DNA of 23,785 nucleotides from Promethearchaeota archaeon (lineage in GTDB: Archaea; Asgardarchaeota; Lokiarchaeia; Sigyniarchaeales; SOKP01). Under the pieces are notes generated by a model. The model saw only the letters and a list, made by a program, of their open reading frames with translations, had not been told where the DNA came from and ran no database searches. The DNA is taken from the NCBI GenBank assembly GCA_048940645.1, contig JBHLOI010000050.1, positions 1 through 23,785 of the forward strand, written 5' to 3'. Position 1 is the stretch's first letter; each line of letters begins with the position of its first letter. This document shows positions 16,733-23,785 of this stretch, piece by piece. The position numbers and the translations under genes were made by a program.

Positions 16733-16884
16733 TGGTCCAGGGGGGATTTATTCTTTAGAGAAGATTTTTCTCTTCTATTGAACCCCCGATCTCGGGTTTT
16801 TACGTATACAGACAACTTTTATATTATTGTGCGTCTGTAGGGCCTTATAAGACCCGCGCTTTAACCAAGCTGAGCTACTGGACC
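16733..16884 (-). tRNA. tRNA-Ile (anticodon UAU) with two introns: 47 nt in the anticodon loop (~16845-16799) and 30 nt in the T-loop at 58/59 (16777-16748)
   Basis: Reverse complement, spliced: GGTCCAG TA GCTC AGCTTGGTTA AAGC G CGGGT CT TAT A^A ACCCG AGATC GGGGG TTCAA^AT CCCCC CTGGACC A (75 nt). Perfect acceptor, anticodon and T stems. Short variable loop. C4:G69, U12:A23 and A73 fit Ile. CCA not encoded. Confidence 0.88.
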
Positions 16885-16913
16885 TTTTGAAAGAAAATTT
16901 AAAATTCTAAGAC

Positions 16914-16922
16914 TTTTATAAA
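16914..16922 (-). promoter_or_regulatory. Putative archaeal TATA box of the tRNA-Ile gene
   Basis: TTTATAAAA on the minus strand 30-38 nt upstream of tRNA G1. The AT-rich background lowers specificity. Confidence 0.45.
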
Positions 16923-17085
16923 TCTTAATCTCTGTGCTACCAGACTTAATAATAATCATATAAAAACACAAAAACATAAAAATTTTTTTATTGATGTACT
17001 CTGTTATATTTATAATTGAAGCATCAAAAAGAATAAATATATTATTATTAAATAAACTTGAAAAGGTGATAAAACTATAGCTGAA

Positions 17086-17481
17086 ATGCTTACAGATTTA
17101 CTAAACTCCATTTATAAAAGAATTGCTCAATTAGGCCAAGCAATTCAAGGGCTAAAAACTTCTTTGGATGGATTAAATCAGAACATTGAAGAAAAAATAA
17201 CAAATTTAAATGAAAAATTAAAATCATTTTCAGAAGAAATCGACATAACTCAAACAAAACATATTGATGTTTTGAAAGAAATTGGAGAAAGTACTAAAGA
17301 TGAATTAAAAAAAATTCAGGAAGGTTTAGGGTTAGATGCTTTAAACACTTTAATTAAAAAACTAAATGAGTTTGAAAAATTATCTGGAGAGATATTAAAT
17401 CAAGATACTGTTAATTTATTGCTCTCTGAAGCTATAAGTTCTGTAAAGAATTTAAAGCAGAAACCTTCCGATAAATTATAA
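17086..17481 (+). CDS. All-helical coiled-coil protein, unknown function
   Basis: Long heptad pattern (IYKRIAQLGQAIQGLKTSLDGLNQNIEEKITNLNEKL). No TM. Confidence 0.8.
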   Translation: MLTDLLNSIYKRIAQLGQAIQGLKTSLDGLNQNIEEKITNLNEKLKSFSEEIDITQTKHIDVLKEIGESTKDELKKIQEGLGLDALNTLIKKLNEFEKLSGEILNQDTVNLLLSEAISSVKNLKQKPSDKL

Positions 17482-17492
17482 AAGGTGAAAAT

Positions 17493-17912
17493 ATGACAGA
17501 AAATTTATTAAATGAGATGATAAATAAAATAAATCAAATAACTTCTTCATTAGATGGTACTATTGCTCAGATTAATCAAATGAGTACAGCAATTCAAACA
17601 ATGTCTCAGAAATTCTCTGAAGAAACGATCTCTGTCAATGAAAATATTCGGCTAATTGTCGAAGTACTAAAGCAATTTAGAATGAAATCTAGCGAAAGTA
17701 TCCAAGAAATAGCTGATACTTTTAATGCAAAATTAAAAGAATTATTTGATAAAAAATCAATAGAAGCTATATCAGAAGAAGAAAAGAAAGCTATAGATAT
17801 AATTAGGAAAGCAGCTAAAACAGTTTCTAATAATCTCTATTATGCACAGCTTTTAAATATTATTCAATCAATTAGAGAAGAAACAAATAGAATAATGAGC
17901 TGTAAAGAATAA
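17493..17912 (+). CDS. All-helical coiled-coil protein, unknown function
   Basis: Heptads (LLNEMINKINQITSSLDGTIAQINQMSTAIQTM). AGGTGA SD. 11 nt from the previous gene. Confidence 0.8.
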   Translation: MTENLLNEMINKINQITSSLDGTIAQINQMSTAIQTMSQKFSEETISVNENIRLIVEVLKQFRMKSSESIQEIADTFNAKLKELFDKKSIEAISEEEKKAIDIIRKAAKTVSNNLYYAQLLNIIQSIREETNRIMSCKE

Positions 17913-17986
17913 TAAATTCTTTAAATTATTATAATTACCAATTATTATATTTTAGTAATATTCAATTTTATGGAGTTTAAACATCT

Positions 17987-18889
17987 ATGCCAATTGGCAG
18001 TTTTGTGATATTATTACCATTAGATGCAGATTACAAAATTTCTGGATATTATTTTAAAGAAGGTAAATCAAATTTTGAGGTAACAAGTGATCTCTTTCTT
18101 AGATTAAATCTAGATCATTCAAAAAACGAATATAATCTGTTAAAACTGAAAGATCTCCAAATTTTTTCATATCTTTATAGATTTAAAGGAAAATTAGCAC
18201 GAAAGGCTTCAGGGGCAATAATTGGATTATTATTGAATGAAAATGATAAACCAGAGAAGTTTCGTTCACCCCTTAAATTAGGTGCTGAAGCGATAGAAAT
18301 TATTGGTCTTAATTTATTAAACATGCCTCAGGATGATTTTAAATTAATATTAAAAGATATTTACTTTGAGCATTTTGAGCCATTAATTGACATCTTAAAA
18401 CCTGAAGCGCTAAAAGAAAGTATTATGTCAATTGCAAAATTTATGTTAAGTGGAGAAAAGAACGAAAGAAGAATTGCCACGGAACTTTTAAAACAAGTAG
18501 AAAATGGTGAACATGAAAAAATATCTGATTATTATATTTCAGCTGAAAATGCCCTAAAGTCATTAGACTACGATAAAGCTACAAAATTTTATAACAAGGC
18601 AGCAGAACTTGCAGAACAACTTTATATTATTGATATTGCTGAATCTTTAAATGAAAAAGCAAGTTTTTCAGGACAAATACCTGATTTATCTAAACAACGA
18701 GATAAAGCTGTACAAGATGCAAGAAATTACCTTCGTAATGAGAATTTTCATTCTGCCTACATTTCATACAAAAAAGCAAGTGAGTTATCTAAAAAGTTAG
18801 TAGAATTTGATAAAGAAGAAGAATATCGATTAAAAGCTAAAGCTTTAGAAGAATTTTATAAAGTAGATGAAGAATACAAAAAAAGATAA
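17987..18889 (+). CDS. Putative longin/uDENN-like N-domain + two C-terminal MIT/TPR-like helical repeats
   Basis: N-terminal beta-beta-alpha-beta-beta-beta-alpha pattern starting MPIGSFVILL. Repeats AENALKSLDYDKATKFYNKAAELAEQL..KA and ARNYLRNENFHSAYISYKKASELSKKL..KA. The CDS is solid; fold assignments are inferred. Confidence 0.55.
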   Translation: MPIGSFVILLPLDADYKISGYYFKEGKSNFEVTSDLFLRLNLDHSKNEYNLLKLKDLQIFSYLYRFKGKLARKASGAIIGLLLNENDKPEKFRSPLKLGAEAIEIIGLNLLNMPQDDFKLILKDIYFEHFEPLIDILKPEALKESIMSIAKFMLSGEKNERRIATELLKQVENGEHEKISDYYISAENALKSLDYDKATKFYNKAAELAEQLYIIDIAESLNEKASFSGQIPDLSKQRDKAVQDARNYLRNENFHSAYISYKKASELSKKLVEFDKEEEYRLKAKALEEFYKVDEEYKKR

Positions 18890-18949
18890 ATTGATCTGGT
18901 TTTATTGAATTTTTCTATCTTGCTAGAGATTTGATAGATTTTCAAGATC

Positions 18950-19789
18950 ATGAAAGATTTAAAGAAAAGAGTAATAGGATTACTTACAGATTTTGGTTTT
19001 AAAGGCTTACATTATGTAGCCACCATGAAGGCAGTTATATTAAAAATTAATCCTAACGTTCAAATTATTGATATCAACCACTACATCACTCCATTTAATA
19101 TTTATGAGGCTCGTTTTCTAATAAGTACAACATATAAATATTTCCCTCAAGGTAGTGTATTTATTATAGTAGTTGATCCAGGAGTTGGAAGTTCTAGAGC
19201 TATTTTAGCAATAAAATTAGCATCTGATTATTATTTTATTGGACCGAATAATGGAATATTTACTAATACATTTAAATCAAATGATATTAGTGAGTGTATA
19301 AAAATACAGAATGATAAGTATTTTATTAAACCTGTTTCTAATACTTTTCACGGTAGAGATATAATGGCGCCGGTTGGAGCCTATATCACAAAAAATGTTG
19401 CTTTAAAGAATTTTGGTCCTTATTTTGATACAAAAGATTTTGCATCTTATCCTATTGAATATGAAGTCTTGTTGAAAGAGAAGCAAATTAAAGGAATTAT
19501 TCAATATATTGACCAATTTGGAAATGGAATAACAAATATCCCAATAGAGGGTAATAAAGTCAAAGGAAGTTCACTAAATTTGGAGGAAGGAGATTTAATT
19601 CAATTTCGATTCAATAATAAAGAGTATAAAGGAATATTTACTTCAATCTTTAGTTCTCAACCACTAAAGACTCTACTATTTATTAAAGGATCAACAAATT
19701 ATCTCGAAATCTCAATTAATCAAGCTAATGCAGCAAAACAAATTGGTTTTAAGGTAGGAGATACTCTTATATTTAATGTAAAGAAATAG
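18950..19789 (+). CDS. DUF62 family SAM hydroxide adenosyltransferase (chlorinase/fluorinase superfamily)
   Basis: LLTDFG, VVDPGVGSSR, GPNNG, SNTFHGRDIMAP, YIDQFGN..TNI, LEISINQANAA. Confidence 0.93.
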   Translation: MKDLKKRVIGLLTDFGFKGLHYVATMKAVILKINPNVQIIDINHYITPFNIYEARFLISTTYKYFPQGSVFIIVVDPGVGSSRAILAIKLASDYYFIGPNNGIFTNTFKSNDISECIKIQNDKYFIKPVSNTFHGRDIMAPVGAYITKNVALKNFGPYFDTKDFASYPIEYEVLLKEKQIKGIIQYIDQFGNGITNIPIEGNKVKGSSLNLEEGDLIQFRFNNKEYKGIFTSIFSSQPLKTLLFIKGSTNYLEISINQANAAKQIGFKVGDTLIFNVKK

Positions 19790-19799
19790 GATCAAATTT

Positions 19800-20951
19800 A
19801 TGGAAAAAGAAATTTTAGCTTGTATTGATAATAAAAACATAAAGTTTCTTCATTCGGGTCAAATTTCAAAGTATATCTTTCCTATGGAAAGAAATGAAGC
19901 ACATCAGAAAAAAATTAGTCATATTATTATTAGATTGTTTATAGTTTCTATTTCGCCAAATAATGAGATTTTATTTCTTGTTCAAAAAAGAAATAAAAAA
20001 AAGAAACAATTTCCAGAATATTTTACTGATTCAGCATCTGGACATGTGATCTATAAAAAAAATTTAAATTTAAATAATATTAAAGAAAATGCCAAAAGAG
20101 AATTAGAAGAAGAATTTGGAGTTTCCCCAAATTCAATTAAAAGAATGAAATTTTATGATTTAAACGCTGAATCAAATAATACTACTACAGAGATAGCTTA
20201 TACATTTTTAGGTTTAGTCAAATACAACACCGAATTAAAACCTAACCCAGAAGAATTAGAAATTAAAGAAAGTAGATTTTATACCAAAAAGGAATTGATA
20301 AATTTACTAGAAAATGAACAATCAATAGATTATTCCAAAAAAATATGGGAAAAAATTGCTGAATTAGACATTTTCAAATATTTTGGATTAAATGATGATT
20401 TCAAAAGTAATGAGAAAACTAAAAAAGAAATAGTATTATTTATTGGAAGATTTCAACCATTACATCATGGTCATATATATATACTTAATTATTTATTAAA
20501 AAATTTTAACTTAATAAAAATAGGGATTGGAAGCTCTCAGCTTTCTAATACAAAATCGGATCCTTTCACAAGTAAAGAAAGAATTCAATTTATTCAAGCC
20601 GCTTTAGAAAAAAGAGGAATTTCATCTGAAAAATATAAAATTTACGAAATTCCTGACATTTTTAATGCAAAAAAATGGGTTAATCATGTAGTATCAATTG
20701 TAGGAAATTTTGATGCAATTTTTTCTAATAGTGAATGGGTAAGACAACTTTTTCAAAATCAAGGATACAGACTTGGAAGAAAACTAATTATATTTAAGAA
20801 GAAATATAATGGCTCTAACATTAGAAAATTAATTAATAAGAAAAATTCTAATTGGAAAAGATTAGTTCCAAAAGAAATTTTTCAATTAATCATTGAATTT
20901 GGCGGAATTCAAAGAATTAAACAGTTATATAATACACAGAAATTATCATGA
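19800..20951 (+). CDS. Fusion: N-terminal IDI/YfcD-like Nudix domain + C-terminal archaeal NMN adenylyltransferase (NadM)
   Basis: Nudix part: RNEAH...H, LVQKR...K.FP, DSASGHV, AKRELEEEFG, PNPEE. NMNAT part: FIGRFQPLHHGH, IGIGSSQ, DPFTSKER, IPDI, WVNHV, GSNIR, WKRLVP. Confidence 0.9.
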   Translation: MEKEILACIDNKNIKFLHSGQISKYIFPMERNEAHQKKISHIIIRLFIVSISPNNEILFLVQKRNKKKKQFPEYFTDSASGHVIYKKNLNLNNIKENAKRELEEEFGVSPNSIKRMKFYDLNAESNNTTTEIAYTFLGLVKYNTELKPNPEELEIKESRFYTKKELINLLENEQSIDYSKKIWEKIAELDIFKYFGLNDDFKSNEKTKKEIVLFIGRFQPLHHGHIYILNYLLKNFNLIKIGIGSSQLSNTKSDPFTSKERIQFIQAALEKRGISSEKYKIYEIPDIFNAKKWVNHVVSIVGNFDAIFSNSEWVRQLFQNQGYRLGRKLIIFKKKYNGSNIRKLINKKNSNWKRLVPKEIFQLIIEFGGIQRIKQLYNTQKLS

Positions 20952-22027
20952 ATAAATTAGAATATTTAGAAATTGATGGAGCTTTTGGAGAGGGTGGGGG
21001 TTCAATTTTACGTTTGAGTGCTGGATTTTCAATATTATTTAACCAACCAGTAAAAATTAAAAATATTAGAGCTAACCGTCCAAAACCTGGTTTAAGGTTA
21101 CAACATCTTATTGGCCTACAAACTTTGGCTTATTTGACAGGGAGTAAATTGAAGGCTTTGGATGGTGAATGTAATATTGGTACTCAAGAACTCATATTTA
21201 GGCCAGATTTAAATATTCAAAACAAAATAAAAATTGATGTTAACACAGCAGCTAGCATTGGCCTATTACTTCAGCCAATTCAAATTGCCAGCTTAAACTT
21301 TATGAAAACTGAACAAATCGAAATTAATATTAACGGAGGCGGCACATTTGGTAAATGGGCGCCAAGCTTAAATTATCTAATGAATGTAACGTACCAGATT
21401 TTCAAAAAAAGTGGATTGAATATATCCATTGATATTAATAAGTACGGTTTTTATCCGAAAGGTGGTGCATCAACTAAATGTATAATTTTTCCACCTAAAG
21501 CTAAGTTAAAACCATTAAACCTAAAGGAGTTAGGGACCATTGATTTAATTCAAGGTGAAATAATATTATCGAATCAATTAAAGCAAAGTGGTAGAAATAT
21601 TGGAGAGAGGATTAAAAAGTCAATAAATCTAGAATTAAAAGATCAACTCAAAATTGAAACAGATATAAAATTTGAATACGTTGAAACAACTAGTTCTGGC
21701 GTGGGTCTTTGTCTCTGGGCTCGTTCAGATACAGGAGCTATTATATCCTCAGGAACTATTTTAGGTGAGAGAAAAATCACTTCAGAAAAATTAGGAAAAA
21801 TTGCGTCAAAAGAAATTTTAAAATATATCAAGAATGATATACCTGTTGATAATCATTTAAGTGATCAATTAATACCTTTAATAGCTTATAATAAAGAGCC
21901 ATCATCTCTTAGGGTACTTGAAATTACTAACCATACTAAAACTAATTTAGAATTAGTTAACCTCTTTACACAGAGAAGTTATGAAATTATCAAAGAAGAT
22001 AAATCTTATTTAATCGAATTAAAATGA
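20948..22027 (+). CDS. rtcA: RNA 3'-terminal phosphate cyclase
   Basis: IDGAFGEGGGSILR, NIRANRPKPGLRLQHL, GFYPKGG, catalytic VDNHLSDQL, TNHTKTN. ATGA overlap with the upstream gene. Confidence 0.95.
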   Translation: MNKLEYLEIDGAFGEGGGSILRLSAGFSILFNQPVKIKNIRANRPKPGLRLQHLIGLQTLAYLTGSKLKALDGECNIGTQELIFRPDLNIQNKIKIDVNTAASIGLLLQPIQIASLNFMKTEQIEININGGGTFGKWAPSLNYLMNVTYQIFKKSGLNISIDINKYGFYPKGGASTKCIIFPPKAKLKPLNLKELGTIDLIQGEIILSNQLKQSGRNIGERIKKSINLELKDQLKIETDIKFEYVETTSSGVGLCLWARSDTGAIISSGTILGERKITSEKLGKIASKEILKYIKNDIPVDNHLSDQLIPLIAYNKEPSSLRVLEITNHTKTNLELVNLFTQRSYEIIKEDKSYLIELK

Positions 22028-22070
22028 TTATTAAGAATTTTTAAAAATTAAAAAAAAAAGATTTTTAAAG

Positions 22071-23297
22071 TTAAATCGGAATTTTTTCTTGGGCAATAGC
22101 AGGTGTTCCAATTCCGAAAAAACCTTTTGCTCTAAATGAGGTTGCAAAGGAAGCAAGAGTCCACATACCCAGAAGATTCTCAGGGCTATCATATCTAAGA
22201 ATACTTGCATCAGTATAATCATTATAACATTCAATAGCTATACAATTCTTAATAGTAAATTTTTTTCGTTGTTTTAAAGCATTTACTATTAATTCCTCAG
22301 CTTTATTTTGTCGAGCTATACTATATACGGGGTCTAGTAAAAAAGGCTTTAAATTTTCTGTGATATAAGTATTTGTTCTAACAGCAAATTTCCTCTCTTC
22401 AATATAACTAATAGTAACTATATTAGGAGCGGTCTCTAAAGCAATAGCATTTCCTTTCTTATCACAAACAATATAATTGAAATAACAAGTGAGACTAGAG
22501 GTTATTACTGAAATAAAATCTTTTGCAGTCCGACAAGTTTCAAATGCTATCCTAGATTTTAATGATGTAGGAACCCCAAACTCAGCGAATGCCCATGATT
22601 GAATTAAATTCTGAGTGCATGAAACTCTCTTATTTTTACCTATTACTAAAGATGATGCACCCATTCTTAATGAGAATACTTCATTTTTTCTAAAGACTTT
22701 ATGATGTACCCATGCAAAGGTAGGGAAAAAGGCAAGGCCAAAATCCATTGTTTGACCATGTACGACATTCTGTCTTGAATTTTTTACTGCAAAACCCGTA
22801 CACGCCCCAATGTTTTGTTGAGAAATCTGTAAAGGAATTAGGATTCCATAATATACGTCTAAAAAGACGTGTTGAAGTAAAATTTCATAATAAGTCAATC
22901 CTGTGGCATCAGCAATTCCCAAGATTTCTGTGTAGTATGGCTCAGGTATTTCATATTGAGAAGCAAAATAAAGAATAAGTTGAAAATCAAGATCATATGC
23001 ATCAATAAAATAATCGATTAAATTATCAAATGCAATAATTTGGTAAGCTAAATACTGCCCAGTTAAATATCCTAACGTATAATAGTCTAAAGCTTGAATA
23101 TATAAATATTTTTGATTATCTCCTCGCCATTCAGCAAAAGAATAATCTGAATCCCTACATGAGGTATCTAAAGACATATTATTAGGATCATAATTCTGAA
23201 TGTTAGTATCTGCTACAGACACGACTCCAAAAGCAACCCCAATAAGAAAAATGGTTGTAAACAATAAAACTATAACTTTTTTTGCAGAACTTTTCAT
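22071..23297 (-). CDS. Secreted C45-family Ntn-hydrolase (autoproteolytic acyltransferase/peptidase)
   Basis: Signal/TM N-terminus, GY..GQ.L, EILGIADATG, A|CT nucleophile followed by VHGQTMDF, RTNTY, SIARQ. Confidence 0.85.
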   Translation of the reverse strand: MKSSAKKVIVLLFTTIFLIGVAFGVVSVADTNIQNYDPNNMSLDTSCRDSDYSFAEWRGDNQKYLYIQALDYYTLGYLTGQYLAYQIIAFDNLIDYFIDAYDLDFQLILYFASQYEIPEPYYTEILGIADATGLTYYEILLQHVFLDVYYGILIPLQISQQNIGACTGFAVKNSRQNVVHGQTMDFGLAFFPTFAWVHHKVFRKNEVFSLRMGASSLVIGKNKRVSCTQNLIQSWAFAEFGVPTSLKSRIAFETCRTAKDFISVITSSLTCYFNYIVCDKKGNAIALETAPNIVTISYIEERKFAVRTNTYITENLKPFLLDPVYSIARQNKAEELIVNALKQRKKFTIKNCIAIECYNDYTDASILRYDSPENLLGMWTLASFATSFRAKGFFGIGTPAIAQEKIPI

Positions 23298-23518
23298 ATA
23301 AACCCAACCTAATCTGTTGTTTAATTCAAATTATCTCTAAACCTTATTGTAAAGGTTAAAAGATTTAAAAATAGTATATCTAAAACTATAAAAAATACGC
23401 TAAAACTAAATTTTTTTTATGTAAAATATTTAACAGCAAAAATAGTGAAATATTAAAGAAGTGGCTAAAAGAAAAAAACAAAGATTAATAAAACCTTAAA
23501 CTATTGTTTATTTAATAC

Positions 23519-23575
23519 GGGTTCTCTTGGTCGATTTGCCAAATTCAATAAGAATTGACGAATCGTATATAACCC
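23519..23575. other. Intergenic extended stem-loop (possible ncRNA or cis-regulatory RNA)
   Basis: GGGTT/AACCC basal stem, internal loop, and CGATTTG.CAA.TTC/GAATTG.CGAATCG upper stem closing an AATAA loop. More GC-rich than its flanks. Confidence 0.4.
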
Positions 23576-23600
23576 AGAAATCTTAAAAAAATCGTAAAAT

Positions 23601-23785
23601 ATGTCATCGACTACCAGATGTCCAAGATGTGGGAATGAAGTTCGCGTAGATTTTTTTGTATGTGCTTTTTGTGGTAAACGCTTAAGGATTGAAAGGATTG
23701 AAAATTTTTCATTTTTTAAACGAATTGAAACTGAGTGGACTACTCCTGATCGATGGTATACTATCCTTTTATGGTTATTTATAAA
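23601..23785 (+). CDS. Zinc-ribbon protein, 3'-truncated by window edge; absent from the supplied ORF track
   Basis: MSSTTRCPRCGNEVRVDFFVCAFCGKRLRIERIENFSFFKRIETEWTTPDRWYTILLWLFI... stays open to the end of the window. Confidence 0.8.
   Translation, partial: MSSTTRCPRCGNEVRVDFFVCAFCGKRLRIERIENFSFFKRIETEWTTPDRWYTILLWLFI

Noticed and set aside
16748-16777. AGAAGA/TCTTCT hairpin as a terminator
   Set aside because: It lies inside the T-loop of the tRNA and is explained as an intron.
16797-16851. Reading the intron-containing tRNA as Leu(UAA) by shifting the junction to 33/34-35/36
   Set aside because: The variable loop is 5 nt (class I), whereas tRNA-Leu needs a long arm. The best central helix and identity pairs favour UAU/Ile.
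16733-17100. tRNA as an integration site for a mobile element
   Set aside because: No integrase/transposase and no duplicated tRNA 3' end were seen in the window.
17086-17912. SNARE, ESCRT-III or WXG100 assignment for the coiled-coil pair
   Set aside because: No C-terminal TM anchor, no WxG motif, and no basic-N/acidic-C Snf7 pattern. Heptads alone are not diagnostic.
18950-19789. True fluorinase/chlorinase
   Set aside because: It retains the DUF62 hydrolase-type DPGVG..R and TFHGRD (His) motifs and has no halometabolite cluster context.
1078-22027. TGA stops (L5, S8, first Nudix, Nudix-NMNAT, RtcA) as possible Sec codons
   Set aside because: They fall at the expected C-termini, not at Cys-homologous positions, and no SECIS-like hairpin was seen downstream. 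No selenoprotein gene is supportable in this window by eye.
5074-22978. Short overlapping ORFs 5074-5277, 8418-8690, 10764-11108, 12660-12845, 13688-13936, 15063-15245, 21643-21831, 22031-22234, 22748-22978
   Set aside because: Each lies wholly or mostly antisense to a well-supported gene and has no motif.
23519-23575. Hairpin as a SECIS element
   Set aside because: No AUGA/GA non-Watson-Crick quartet on either strand, and it sits between divergent 5' ends rather than in a 3' UTR.
1-23785. CRISPR arrays, rRNA, IS elements
   Set aside because: No regularly spaced repeats, long GC-rich RNA tracts or transposase ORFs were seen. Intergenic gaps are short.

Overview
AT-rich archaeal DNA, most consistent with an Asgard archaeon of Lokiarchaeia type. 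That assignment is inferred from the archaeal r-proteins, complete-looking Sec components, a roadblock protein and an IPSF-TM-basic C-terminal sorting tail. Positions 1-5541 hold the 3' part of the spc-type r-protein operon (S4e partial, L5, S14, S8, L6, L32e, L19e, L18, S5, L30, L15), which is not followed by secY. Next come a probable cobalamin-uptake trio (CbrT-like ECF S component, duplicated-domain surface protein, DUF4430 protein), roadblock/LC7 + SelB, a zinc-ribbon protein with a CdvA-like coiled coil, a 41-aa membrane peptide missed by the ORF track, a small Zn-finger protein, two CoA-type Nudix paralogues and an M29 aminopeptidase. Then follow tRNA-Sec(UCA) directly upstream of SepSecS, an orphan ORF, and a minus-strand tRNA-Ile with the rare UAU anticodon and two introns (anticodon loop and T-loop). 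The window ends with two coiled-coil proteins plus a longin-like/MIT-like protein, a DUF62 SAM hydrolase, a Nudix-NMNAT fusion, RtcA, a secreted C45 peptidase, an intergenic hairpin and a truncated zinc-ribbon ORF. No CRISPR array, rRNA, integrase or transposase was seen. Family calls come from motif recognition by eye; no database search was run.
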